Position numbers and translations under genes: made by a program. The notes under the pieces are model-generated. The model did not search any database. It was not told the origin of the DNA and saw nothing but the letters and a program-made list of their open reading frames with translations. A DNA stretch of 64,000 nt, taken from assembly GCF_018350175.1 (NCBI RefSeq), contig NC_058373.1, positions 112,036,001 to 112,100,000 of the forward strand, in the 5' to 3' direction. Positions within the stretch are counted from its first letter, which is position 1. The number at the start of each line of letters is the position of its first letter. This stretch comes from Felis catus (Eukaryota). Below are positions 11,775-24,253 of this stretch, piece after piece.

Positions 11775-12480
11775 TCACATGGACTCTGGAACCAGACCAC
11801 CTGGTGCTGAATCCTACCTCTGTCATTTACTAGTGGGTGACCTTGGGCAAGTCGCTCAGTGTCTCTGTGCCTCAGGATAATATATTTCACAAGTGCTATC
11901 CTGATCCAGTTTTGAGATCATTGCTAAAAACTTTCAATTCCCCTTTGCAGACAGTTTGCTACACCCACACCCCCACTGTTTTCCTTACGAGGCTCTAAGA
12001 CTCTGGGGATTAAACATACATACCCAACTGCCATGAGGCAGTGATACCAAATGTCGAAAGACAGCCCCTTCTTCCTTGCACTTGGAGAATCATTAAAAGT
12101 ACCCAATCCACCAAAGTCCTGTGAAACGTAGCTGACTTTACCTGACCTGCCATATACAAGCCACCTACTACGGTTCGGTTTGCTGTTCCCTTCCCCCAGG
12201 TAATACACCCCACCCCGCCACCCCACCCCCCGCCATGTGGCTCTGTGTGGCAGCATTCTTTCTTTGGGAGCTGTAAATAATAAGGAGTTCTGCCTTTTAT
12301 CTTTCTAGGGATCATTGTCTTATGTTCTGCCTTTATCAGAGTCTAACAAATATTAGGTTAAACATTTGTTACTGAAACACTCAGTTTCCTCATCTATAAA
12401 ATGAATATAACTAGTAGTTTTGGTTATAATTACCTCGTGGTAATGTTATGAGAATCAAAGGATTTATTATTTGTAAAGCC
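11775..12480 (+). mobile_element. MIR split by an LTR insertion (MIR parts about 11775-11875 and 12380-12480)
   Basis: gtgaccttgggcaagtc..ctctgtgcctcag resumes as ctcagtttcctcatctataaaatg. Confidence 0.8.
11876..12379 (+). mobile_element. ERVL-class solo LTR (LTR53/MER88-like)
   Basis: 5-bp TSD ctcag at 11871-11875 and 12380-12384; ends ..gaaaca; tttgggagctgtaaataataa region recalled from LTR53-like consensus. Confidence 0.65.
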
Positions 12481-13049
12481 TAGGAGGTTTTATCATACTT
12501 GTGAGTAGAGGTTTAACCAGTACTTGTCAGATAAAGGAAAGAAGTGGTCAAATCTAACTACAGGAGGCTGCCTGGATTTGGTATCCATATTCCATCTGCA
12601 TGACTTTATCTCAACTTCTGCTTCCTACAAGATGACTATTTTTTCTCATCCATGCTTTTTTTTTGTCCAAATATTTCCTATTCTTTATGTCCTGCTTTAA
12701 ATGCCATATCTTTTATATCAGTTGGGTTGTGCTCCTCTTGCTCTGAATAGTTTATTCTAAGAAACCTGAGCACCAAACAGGTGAGTCTCCAGCAATCCAA
12801 TCCACCTTCCTTTTAAGGATATCTTAAGAAGCAATTGCACCAACAAGGATGAACCTTCATTCCCACAACCAAAGTAACCTGTCCCTCCATTTCACTCTGG
12901 TAGCATCCAGTTCTTAGTTATATAAAAGCAAAGACCTTTAAAGCTGGAAGAAAGCCAAGTGTCAACACATGTCAGGTAGAAGCTCGGTCTACAACATTCC
13001 CAACATGTGGCCATCCAGCCTCTCAGCTCAAGAAGTTCAGGCATTTGAT

Positions 13050-13264
13050 GGGGTGCTTGGGTGGTTCAGTCAGTTAAGCATCCAACTTCAGCTCAGGTCA
13101 TGATCTCTTGGTTCATGGGTTTGAGCCCTGTGTCAGGTTCTGTGCTGATAGCTCACAGCCTGGAGCCTGCTTCAGATTCTGTGTCTCCCTCCCTGTCTGC
13201 CTCTCCCCTGACCGTGTTCTGTCTCTGTCTCTCAAAAGTGAATTTAAAAAAAAGAAAAAAAAAA
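13050..13264 (+). mobile_element. Can-SINE
   Basis: TSD aagaa(g/c)ttcaggcatttga at 13030-13048 and 13265-13283. Confidence 0.95.
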
Positions 13265-13428
13265 AAGAACTTCAGGCATTTGAGTCTGGCCTTTTGTAGC
13301 TCTGACTATGGAGGAAGTCTGGATCTCCAAAACATCACCCAATCCCTTTGGAAACTTCAGGAGGTCTAATGCTTTGCTCTTCTCTTTTCCCAGATCTTGG
13401 TTCTACCTTCACTCATACAGTTCTAGAG

Positions 13429-13762
13429 TACAGGTTGCAAAATGTCAGCTTATTGTGCCAAATCTATGTTTCATTTATCCTATGTAGAGATTTTCTTCTT
13501 TATACTTCATAGTATTTGTAACATTAATTGCCAGTATTTAAAACCAGAAAGATTTTGTATAAACCTCTGGATTTCTGGCTCCTTTTTAAAAATGGAAAGA
13601 TTTGGTCATGTTGAACCTGCAATTCCAAGAAGCAATAATCACCTGGGGCTGAATAGGAGCTGCCTCTAAGAAGGGTCATGTGCCCTTCACAGTTCTTGCC
13701 TGACCTAGGGCACTTCAGGTTACCTGCATGTTTCCTATGGAAATCTGAGTTTGCAACTCTTC
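13429..13762 (+). mobile_element. MER102-like hAT-Charlie DNA element
   Basis: Termini ggttgcaaa / tttgcaact; internal ggatttctggct..aaaaatggaaagatttgg recalled from MER102. Confidence 0.7.
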
Positions 13763-13775
13763 TGCATTAGCTGTA

Positions 13776-14162
13776 CAATTTTCCCAGCATCATTTATTGA
13801 AAACACTGTCTTTTCGTCATTATATATTTTTGCCGCCTTTGTCATAGATTAATTGATCATAAAAGTGTGGGGGGTTTCTGGGATTTCTATTCTGTTTCAT
13901 TGATCTATGTGTATTTTTTGCACCTAGCACCACACTGTTTTGATTACTAGATGCTATTACTATATACATTACTATCTGATTACTTTGAAGTGTAGGTAGA
14001 AATCTGGAATTATGATAAATCCAGCTTTGTTCTTTCTCAAGGTTGCTTTGGCTATTTGGAGTCTTTTGTGGTTTCACATGAATTTTAGGATTATCCATTC
14101 TAGTTTTGTAAAAAGTACCATTGATATTTTGATAGGGATTGTACTGAATCTGTGGATTACTT
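13776..14162 (-). mobile_element. L1 ORF2 fragment, inverted relative to the adjacent 3'UTR
   Basis: Antisense L1 ORF2 (YDQLIYDKGGKNI in ORF 13820-14371). Confidence 0.85.
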
Positions 14163-14432
14163 TGGTTAACAGAAGGGAAGGGGTTGGGTGATGGGTGAAA
14201 TAGGTGAAGGCAATTAAAAGGTACAAACTTCCAGTTACAAAATAAATAAATCACAGGGACAAAAAGTACTGAATAGGGAATATAGTCAATAGCATTGAGT
14301 AACTTTGTATGGTGGCAGATGTTAACTACACGTATTATGGTGAGTGATATGTAATGCATAGAATTGTTCAATCACTATGTTGTACACCTGAAACTTATAT
14401 AACATTGTATGTCAACTATACTACAATTAAAA
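14163..14432 (+). mobile_element. L1 3'UTR end (L1_Carn/L1MA-like)
   Basis: aaacttccagtta...ctatgttgtacacctgaaact...caattaaaa. Confidence 0.85.
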
Positions 14433-14508
14433 GGAAGGAAGGAAGGAAGGAAGGAAGGAAGGAAGGAAGGAAGGAAGGAAGGAAGGAAGGAAGGAAAAAA
14501 GAAAGAAA
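14433..14508. repeat. (GGAA)n microsatellite at the L1 tail
   Basis: Direct observation. Confidence 0.95.
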
Positions 14509-15204
14509 TCCCTGATCTTGAGAATCTGGCTAGTATACACCACATCTACTTACACATTCAATCTAAACCGTAATCCTGGGAGTGTTACATGTGTGAGAAG
14601 AACATGTTTCTTCTTCCTTTGTTGCTAAAAACATTGCATTAAAATGGAGAAAACTGCAAGGACACTGTTGAAACTTTTAAGTTCTAGGAACTGGGGGTAA
14701 TGTTTTGATGGAGCCATAAAAAAGAACCCAGAAATACTCAAGCCCTGCCCAGGTGATCATCCTAAACCCTTCCTTGCCCTGTCCAGCCCCTCTTCAGGAA
14801 TCTCACAACTACACAGTATTAAGTGGAAAAATAGGACAATGGGATTAGAGATGTAGGTTGTAGGGGAATTGTAATAAAAATCTCATCTTCATGTTGTCTC
14901 CTATCTGGGTTACAATTAAACAAATGTAATGAATTTTGTGCTTTAGCCAGAAACACGTGCAGATTAAGCTTTCTGGAACAGAGTCTAATTGCATTAGAAA
15001 GAAAGATGAGGATGTAATTTGGAAGATAGTAAAAAAAAAAAAATATTTGAACTCAAGGGGGAAATAAACTATTCACAAACTTAAAATGGGAGTTGGGGGA
15101 AACCAGTGACTTCACAAGACTTCTCAGCAAAGCATCTGAGAACATGACCTCTAGAATCACCCTTCTGAATCAGACACAGCACTTCAAATATTCCATTGCT
15201 ACAA

Positions 15205-15400
15205 ATTCCACATACAGTTATGGGTGCAAATCCTGATGCTCTGACATACTCATTTTGAGAATTTGAATACGACTTCTCTAAGCCTTGATTTCTTCATTTA
15301 TGATATTACCACCTAATAGGGCAGTTGTGAAGGTCTTACACACTGTATCTAGCCATTTGCACTCAATAAATATTGGCTAGTAATTATAATTATTATTGCT
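15205..15400 (+). mobile_element. MIR
   Basis: gggtgcaaatcctg...ctcaataaatattggcta 3' end. Confidence 0.55.
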
Positions 15401-17040
15401 AGTGTTATCAGGAACTGCAGCACTGTTTGGATCAAAAGGAGTTGCTTTTTTCTTATCTTACAGTTTAAAGCTATATTTTCATCTATTCTCTGCATCAACA
15501 AGTTCACAATCATAATATCAGGGTCTCTCTGTTTGTACACTGACCTTTCCCTCAACTGACCTGTTACGTAGATCTGTTTACTATTGATGGTCCAAGATCG
15601 TTGTTTCAGCCATGTGTCTGCTGAGCTTCTGCTATCTATCTATTTAGAAAATAAAAGGTGGGAGATAAAGACCCTAAATGTTTGGGGTTTTTAGGAATGG
15701 GAAGGAGTGGCCCTAAAGTGTATGGAGGACACCCACTCCAAGGTGGATCTCCATTGCATCTGCCTGTGTGAGCATCTTTTCCAATGTGGTTTGAGAATGT
15801 TCCTATATTAAACACCTTTGCTTTGTCAAAAAAAAAAAAAGGTCTTTTGAAGTTTCTTTTTTGAAGTTGTTTAAGCTCTTTGAATCTATCTCTCTAAGGA
15901 CTTCTGAGAAATAGTATAGGACGTTCTAGTCTGGCTTCAGAATAAAGAACTTTTTTGAGGTCAGCTATAAAACACTGTTACTCTTAATGTAATGCTTGCA
16001 CTGCATTTTTAATGTCTGTCCTGTTAAACATACCGTATGAGCACCAGTCTTAAAAAGAATATCCTTGCTCTTCAGTGGGTTTCTGTTAGCATAGTTCACT
16101 GAGAACAGAATCACTTACTTGGAGCTGGAAATGATCCTAGAGACTACGGATTTAATAATTTTTAAAAGTAAGACCCAGTGAGGTCATGGAAAGTAAGATC
16201 CACATATCTTATCAAGGGCAAAGCCTAGAACCAAATTTCCTCATTTGGGGCTCAAGGCTCTTTCCGGTATACACATCCAGATAGAGGATGATCACAATTT
16301 CCCATTCTCACCAAACACCCATTTACTCCCAGTTTGCTCACAAGTTCCTTGGAGGCAACCCTTGGCCATAACTGCCAAAGCTCTATGGTGGTAAGAGGAG
16401 TCCAGTGACTTCTCCAGGCAGCAACTACTCTTTTCCCTTTGTTGCACTGGCACTGGTATTTCCAGAGAGTCAACAGTTCTCCAGTCCCACATTATTCCTC
16501 AAAATGTAAATGGACAATTTGTATTGTGACCCCCACAAGGAAGGTTAAAAGACCTGATGGCCTATTTTCCCTGGTCTCTTCAGGGTGCTAATCAGCAAAC
16601 AGCCTTTGAACTGCAAGGGTTTGGATCCCCACAGGCCTCTGCCACCAGCTGTGGCTATAGATGCTTTGAAGTAAAGAAAACTACCTGATTTTTCATCTAA
16701 AAAGCAGGAATCCCCAGAAATAGGGAGCTTTTTTCCTGAGGAGACGGTGCTCCTGATTGTCTTCGAGAGGAAATAGAGAAGCTCTCTCACTGAGAGAAGA
16801 ACAAAAAAAAATGGAGAGGGACAATAACCAAAAAAACAAAACAAACAAACAAAAAACTTGAGAAATTGATACTAAGAGGCACAAGAGAAAAGAGAGGAAG
16901 AAAACAGCCACATAAAAACAGAAAGAAATGAGAAAGCTGAAAAGGAGAATTGGGAGCCAGTGAGGCGCATGTGGAAGAAAGAGCATCAGGGACAAAGATG
17001 ACAGCTGTTCCATACAATCACCCATCAGTAACATCATGGA

Positions 17041-17968
17041 TGTGAAGTATAGCAAAATAGATCACCTCAAAACATGGAACTTCAGCATAAGGATTATACT
17101 GAATGAAGGCAATTGAGAGGAAACAGATATAAGAAAAGTTCTCTGTCCTCCCACTATTTGTCTAAAAGCAGGACACATTTTGTAAAAGGGTCAGCCTTCC
17201 CCTCTCTACCAAGAAGGATGGACGTTAGTCACCAGAGAGAACTCTATGCCTTTATCAGCCCACACATGGCACCAGAGGAATCTACATAACAAACTTTGCT
17301 AACTAGCCATTATCTTCCATTAGTTTCCTTATATATTTACCTTCACACAATTTGTCACCCTAAAAACTTGAGGTCCTTTCTTTTCCTTGTCCCTTCTCTT
17401 AACAATATGTTGTTCTTTGGTTAAGATGCTTTATAAGCCCAAGTTCTAACCACTCCTTAACACTCATTACTAAGTGTTCCCATGCTTATTGGGATCAATG
17501 CAGATACCAATAATCTTCTGCTTGTTTTTCTCTTGTTAATCTGTCCTTTGTCAGTCTAAATTTACAAGTCCCCAGCCAATGAAGCTAACATGGTGCTACA
17601 GACTGAAAGTTCGTGTTCCCCACAAAATTCATATGTTGAAACCTAGCCCAGAGTGCATTGGTATAGGAAGTGGAGGCCTTTGTGTGGTGATTAGCATATG
17701 AGGGTGGAGCCTCATGAATGGGATTAGTGCCTTTATAAAGAGACCATGTAGAGAGATCTCTCACCCTTCTGCCATGTGAGGACACAGCAAAAGGCAGCCA
17801 TCACCAGACAATGAATCTCCTATTGCGTTGATCTTAAACTTCCCAGCCTCCAGAACTGTGGGAAATATTTTTGTTCTCATAAGCCACCCAGACTATGGTA
17901 TTCTCTTATAGCAGCCTGAATGGACTAGGACAGATGGGTAAAGAGAGAAAGAGTTTTTCTCTTCCTAT
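17041..17968 (+). mobile_element. MER34-like ERV1 solo LTR, interrupted by MLT1A
   Basis: cataaggatta..gaaggcaattgag start and tctcttgttaatctgtc region; similar to the second copy at 22486. Confidence 0.7.
17594..17932 (+). mobile_element. MaLR solo LTR, MLT1A-like
   Basis: tgctacagactgaa...aattcatatgttgaaacct...gcagcctgaatggactaggaca; TSD catgg/gatgg. Confidence 0.85.
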
Positions 17969-18924
17969 GGGTCACATTAGCAAGAGATGATGGTCCAGCC
18001 TTCAAGACAGAGAGGAGTTGCTCATCTAGACTTTCATGGTTCGACAGTTCATACCACTTCCCCAGATGAGGAGGGATGGATAGTGCAAGACATGTAGGTT
18101 TGGTTCTAGATAACTAAATAATAACACTCAGTGAATCATCATTAAACTCCCACCCAAATATCAAATGTCATTTGAGACATGTGGGGGGATGCTAGGCTAA
18201 TGCTATTGAACCTGTTCTCAAAGAAAAGCCAACTATATGTATCCCTGATCCATTCATAGAAAGCAGCAGCAAGGATCACAGAATAGAAATTTGGATGTAG
18301 AGGACTTCAGTGACACACATCAATGGGATTGAGTTGTTATGTTCCCAAAGTAAAGGGCAAAGTACTCCACATAACAGGTAAGGCTTTCCAGAGCATTACC
18401 TAGGAATGTATGGCTCACACATCTGGGCCTGTTTCCCTATCAAAAAGAATAGACAATCTAAGAGAAAAAGCACAAAAGCATAACCCTCCTGGATCAAACA
18501 CAACACTTCAAATATTTCATTGGTACAAATTCCACCTACATCACAAATGCCTCTAGCTGTCAGATTTTCAGATTCAATTTCACTCCTTAAATAAATAAAT
18601 AAGTAAGTAGATAGATAGATAGATAAAGTTCCTTCCATGTATAAACTCAACTTCCTGGATTTTTCTTTCCAAACAATTTTGCAAGCCTGGGGGATTTTAT
18701 GAACTTGGAACTCTGGTTCCTAATCATCCCAGTAGCAGATTGGGTTTTTATATTTAAGGTCAATATTTTGCAGCCTTGCCATTACACTTGTAATTAGCTG
18801 CATATACCTAATCTAATTGTCTTTAAAACCTTAAATAAAAGTTTATCTATGGTATTAAGTGAAGAAATTCTTGTTAGGATTCCCATTTGAAACTCACTAA
18901 GGGTTAAAGTATAGTATGGCAGAT

Positions 18925-19310
18925 ATAGACTGGCTGTCCCCAAACCACTGGGTGATCCCTCCGCCCTTGTTTTCCTCTGATAAAGAGTGCAAAAAGCCAG
19001 AATACTCCTCTTCCCAGTCTCCCTTACAGCTGGGGGTAGCCACATAATCCCTGAGGGAGTTTTTCCTTCCCAAATATGAAGAGGAAATCTCAAAAGGAGA
19101 TTTTCTTTCTACCTGAAATTCAGAAAGAACTGCCTAGAGGCACAGCAGCCATCTCGAACCCATGGAGATGAAACTAAGGGTGGAAAGCAGGAGATAGGAG
19201 ACTGGGTTTAATGCCTCTATAAACCACTGCACCAGCTTAGGACTTCTTATCTACACCTCTCTTAGTACATGAGAAAAATAAATACCTTGCTGGTTTAAGC
19301 CACAGTAGGG
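18925..19310 (+). mobile_element. MaLR LTR, MLT1H/I-like
   Basis: ttcccagtctcccttacagctggggg..cagccatct..aaaaataaatacc..tttaagccac. Confidence 0.6.
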
Positions 19311-21229
19311 TAAAGTGAAAAAAAAAAATTGAAAGACTTTAAAATGGACCAATTGTCTTCAAAGGAAAACTAGGCATTGTCTAATGCTCTCTTCCAGGTT
19401 ATCTGATTCTATGGGGTCTCTGCACATTTCAGTGTCGTTGAGCCATTTTACAACTCTGCAAATTACATGGAACTGCCAGAAATGCAAATGATTTTTGTCC
19501 ATAAACATGCAAATGAATCTTGTCTGGCAGAGGTGTGACTGATCTCCCACAGTTTTGCTCTCCTAAGCAAATTCATTTTGGTATTCCCGATTGCCTACAT
19601 ATGTCTCCACTTTTTGGACTTTACTTTGAATTGATTGTAATATCTTACTAAGGTCCTGTTTAAGTAATTAGAGTTCAATACATTCATCAGCATGTGTTTA
19701 TTTGTATGAAAGTCATACTTTTACCTTTTTTAAAAAGATATATGCTTTACCAGGTGTTTTATATTACTTGCAGCCTTACTAAACCAATCTAAACTGATGC
19801 ATATACTTAGCATGACCATACCCAAGTAACCTAGTACCTAGGTGAGAGCTGAAGCCACCACCACCACCACAGAAAAGCAGAGCCAGAGAAATAACTCATT
19901 CTCGCAGACTCTGATCAAACCCGTGTCATCTGGACTCACCACACATGGTAATTATCCTATTCATCACTGCCCACAGCAGAGAATGAGCAGGGGCAGTTGT
20001 TCAAAAAGAGTTGACTTTCCCTGCAAATTCCTGAGGTATTTTGGCAGGAGAGGAAATTGGCTGTAAGAAGGTCTGGAAGAGCCTGTGTGGTTTTTACTAA
20101 TCTTGTAGGCCCTGGCGATTGAATGTTTGATTTCCAGGTGAGTGTGTACATAGTAGGAAAGGAACAAGTACTCCTGTTCCGTCCATCCTTCCTCTACCCA
20201 CAGCCAAAGAGCCCATAAGGGAGAAGAAAGGTTAATCAGGGTTCAGTCTTTCTGGTCTCTGACATACAAAAAAATGTTAAAGTGCTCTTCTCCTTCTCCT
20301 CTGTATTATTTGCCTGGTCCTCTATGGCCTCGGAATGTGTCATATCTTTCCTTGATGGAAATTCCTTGAGGGCTGGGGCATGTCTTCATGATGGATCTCA
20401 TAAAGCATCCAGCACACTGGGGGTATTTCATTTGAATAAAGAGCATACTGGTAATTGGAATAAGAAATTAACATTTTTCTTTCTCCCAGGGATTCCTCTG
20501 CAACAGTCCCTGGGGATGCTCTAAGTTACATCCTAATAAGCGTGGGGACATTTTGCATGAGATTATTAGACCATGTCATATTCCATCTGACCTTCAGGAG
20601 CCTCTGTGGGAAATTGAATTCTACTGTCTGTGTTTAAAGATGTACTCTCTTGTGTATTAGCATGTTAAAGGTTGGTGGCGGGCCAGAAAGCACATTCTAG
20701 AGACTTGAGTAAACAAGGGACCAGAGTTTGAAACAGAATATCTTAACATTTGAAAGATCATATTCTAACAATGATGCAGTTTAAGCCTAGGCATACTTGA
20801 TCTAAAGGACAATCAAAAAACTCCCTTGGGATAAAGAATGCTTAAAAGCTGTCCTTCCCCAAAGATGTGGATTCTAAAATAACCCTCAACTGACTGGGTC
20901 TGAAGTATTTTCCTTGGAAAGTAAACTAGGCATTTATGATGCTAGTATTTGAGTGATTTAAATGGTCAGGGACAGGGCTTTGGAGTCAAACAGACCTGGG
21001 TTGTTGTCACATTGAATCAGATACATAGGGAGCTTGACAAGATGCCTGGCACATGGCAGCAGTAGGTGGTCACCATCGATGAGGCCAGCGGAAGTGTATC
21101 TGGCTTACCTGACCTCACCTTTGAGGGCCTGTGGCCTGGATTTAGCCAGTGAAGTTAATCATATGAAAGACAAGAGAGGCTACGAAGACAAAAGGCACTG
21201 GAATCAATTAGAAATAAAAGGAGTACAAG

Positions 21230-21310
21230 AACTTTGCCTTATATACCCTGTGTCTCCAGTGCCCAGAGAGGGCCAGGCACATAGAAAGAGGTCAGTAGAT
21301 ATTTGTTAAC
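21230..21310 (+). mobile_element. L2 3' end fragment
   Basis: ctgtgtctccagtgcccagag..ggcacatag..cagtagatatttgtt. Confidence 0.5.
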
Positions 21311-22109
21311 TCCATGAAAGATCCAACAGGTCCAGCTCCCTCCCAGGGCTTCTGAGCACTCCAGGGAGACAAGGATTCTGGTCTCTCTGTGTTGTCACTC
21401 CTGCCCTCTGAGCTCCAGTCCACTCTGGCACAAACCCTCTCCTGAGTCTTGCTTGCCATGTGTGGACATATGGACACTGGCCCCCTTTCTCTTTTAGTCC
21501 CCCTAACATTGCTGGTATAGGTTAGGGTGTGAAGTCCAGTTTTTCTCAATGGCAGACAAAGATCGTAGCACTGTTAGGAACACGCTCCCTTGGGAGTCAG
21601 GTGGACATCACTGCTCCTCCACCCTGTGTACCATTCCTGCCACAGCAGACACATTTTGGACCAGGCTTTCCCAAGCTCTGACATCCCATTGGGAGCTTGG
21701 ACTGGTTCTCCCATCTCTGCTCTCCCTGGAGAGACTCCCAGTGTTGGCTCCACACTGACAGATTGGGGTGGCAGAGGTGGGTGGGGGTGCTTAATAATTC
21801 TGCCTGACAAAGCAGCTAGACACCTTTTGTCATAGTCTTTTTCTTTTAAACTGCACCAAAATCTTGTCTTTCAGAATCAAAAAGGCTGTCTGCCAGTTTC
21901 TGAAAATAATCATTCCTCTCTATTTTGTCTCCCCTAATATACTCTTACCCTACCCCAACCCTAAGTTGAGGGGCAAACACTTTCAACTCTATTAGTTTTT
22001 TTCTGGTATTTACTTCCATATTTTTTAACATAATGCTTACATGGTTATTTCTTGATTTGTTAATTGTAGACATTATTAATTGACTTCTATACCAGACTCC
22101 ATAAACCTA

Positions 22110-22288
22110 TGCCGGATAATCCAATAGAAGGAAATTTAATATAGAATATTAGTTAGAAAGTGTTAGAATTGCTGAAAAAGCAGAGATCAATAATTCTAGC
22201 TCCTGCCTCCCCCAGGACTAGAGGGGCAGGGAGAAGGAGGTGTTCTTGGGTGCCCAACAGAAGGGGGAACCGCTGTGGCTACCTGGCA
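22110..22288 (-). mobile_element. LTR33-like ERVL LTR fragment
   Basis: tttaatatagaatattagtta..gctgaaaaagcag..ggactagaggggcagggaga. Confidence 0.4.
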
Positions 22289-22485
22289 GATTATGTAAAT
22301 ATTATTCACTGTTGAGTCAGTACTATAATCACATTTTCTGTCTCATACAATTTTTTTGTTTTTCTTGAAATAATTTCATTTGTTTTGATTTGCTTAGTTT
22401 ACTATATAACCAGTGCTAGGTGTTCCCAAACACTTAACAGCCTACGAAACCTCTCAATGCTTTCCTCCACTTGGTCCAACACAGT

Positions 22486-23043
22486 TGAAGGGGTTTGGAA
22501 CATGCCACCCCAAAATATGCTACTTTGGCATATTGATAATTTTGAGCCAAAGGTACTTGAGAAACAGCAGATGAAGGAAAGGCTCTCCCAGCTCCCTTTA
22601 TCTACCTAACAGCAGATCATAAAATTCCCCATAACAAAGGTGCCCTTCCTATACCAGGAAGAGAAGAACAATCCTATCATGAGAGTCTGGGAGTTGATGC
22701 CAGAATGCACCTGCACGAACAAACCTACTAAAGTAACCCATGATTCCCCCCCCCCCCATATATTCCCTAGTCACTGTCCCACAACTTACTGCCCTTAGCC
22801 CAAGCCCCCTTGTCTTGCCACATCTCCATAATTTATCATTATTTATGTAAAAAGGTAAATAAAGATTTTGGGTCTAATGGCTCCTTTGGGTCTTCATTTA
22901 CCTTTTGAAATCTCTCAGATGCACATAAAAATATTAAATAAATTTGTGTGTTTTTTTTTTCCTGTTACTCTGTCTTATGTTAGTTTCAGTCTTTGGCCAG
23001 CCACAGAACCTAAGGAGGCAGGAGAAGGTCTGCCTCCTCTGCG
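22486..23043 (+). mobile_element. MER34A-like ERV1 solo LTR
   Basis: tgaaggggtttggaacatgccaccccaaaatatgctactttggcatattg start; attaaataaatttg polyA region. Confidence 0.8.
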
Positions 23044-23537
23044 TAGACAAGCCAACAGTTCCATGTACTTTCCCTGAAGAATCTCCCTCCCATCCCCCTG
23101 CTCCTGCCTGGGCCTGGAACACAGCTGTCACCCCAGTATCTCCCATCACTGTCCTGCACAGAGGACTCCATAGCTTCCTCTTTCTTGGCTTACTCTCTTA
23201 CTGTGTAAAACATATCCTCTACAGAAGACAAAAAGTACCACTTTTGAGTCATGGCTATCTGAAAACACATTTACCCTATCCTGACACCAGATTAAATTCT
23301 AAGTTGAAAGTTGTTTCTCCCATAGTATTTTAAAGGCATCACTCTACTTTCTTGTAATCTTCACAGTTGCTTTTGAGTTCAGTCCCATTCTGGTTTCTGA
23401 CCTCTGTTTCTCTCTCGGATGTCTTAGGATTTTCTCTTTATCTCTAATGTTCTATGACCACACAGTAATGTCCTTGGTTGGGGTCTTTTGTATTCATTCA
23501 TTGTATTGGTTAGTCCAAGGATCTTTTGATTCCAGAC

Positions 23538-23758
23538 CAGAAATCAGCTAACTTTTTCTGTAAAGAACAAGATACTAAATATTTTAAGTTTTGTGGAACA
23601 TATGGTCTCTGTCACAACTTCTCAACTCTTTCATTGTAGCAAAGCAGCCATGGACAACATGTAAACAAAGAAGCGTAGCTGTGTTACAATAAAACTTTAT
23701 ATATAAACAATGGCAACAGGCCAGATTTGATCCATGGACCATTGTTTGCCAACCCCTG
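23538..23758 (+). mobile_element. MER58A hAT-Charlie MITE
   Basis: Internal aataaaactttat..ggccagatttg..tttgccaacccctg; 8-bp hAT-type flanks ttccagac and ctctagat. Confidence 0.85.
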
Positions 23759-24253
23759 CTCTAGATTCTACATACTCATGGCCTTCAGTTTGGGGGACAT
23801 GTTTTTGTGTTATTTCTTTAATAATATCATCCCCTCCATTTTCTCTATCCTCCCTTTTTTAGATCTTCTATTAGTTAGGTGTTGGTCTTTTTAAACTAAG
23901 TCTCTAATATTCTTATTTTTTCTTTCTTATTGCCCACATCTGTCTTTTTGTTTTCTAAGATCTTTCTTGTTCTCTGATTCTTTTTTGTCATTGTTGTTCT
24001 GATTGTTTTTCTTTCATTCTTTCTTAAAAAACAGTAGCTTACTTTTGTTTTGTAGGTGAAATATCTTTGTCTTTCTAAGAACGAAGAGTTTATTTTTTAA
24101 TTTTTTTCTGCTCTGGGCAATTTCTTTGTCTCCTCTGAGCATGCCCCTCTCCAGCATTCCCCCCATTTTGGGGGAGGGAGAACTAATTCTGTTTCTCTTT
24201 TATTGTTGGATGCTCTCCTCACATTTCTGCTGATTCTTACCTATCCATTCATT

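Larger units (their letters stand above)
21910..24244 (-). mobile_element. HAL1 (half-L1) or old L1ME-like element, fragmented
   Basis: cactttcaactct..ctggtatttacttccatatt and tatgtaaatattattcactgttgagtc..tttgcttagttt recalled from HAL1; interrupted by LTRs and MER58A. Confidence 0.6.

Noticed and set aside
10826..12030. Apparent terminal inverted repeats cagttgggt / acccaactg suggesting a DNA transposon
   Set aside because: The right-hand match lies inside an independent LTR (11876-12379) with its own TSD, and the flanking 8-mers match poorly.
16545..17055. Hydrophobic ORFs resembling membrane proteins
   Set aside because: Antisense reading of A/G-rich low-complexity DNA.
17041..23043. Two MER34-like LTRs as the ends of one provirus
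   Set aside because: The LTRs differ substantially, there is no shared TSD, and the intervening DNA has no gag/pol remnants but carries unrelated elements; the second LTR sits inside HAL1.
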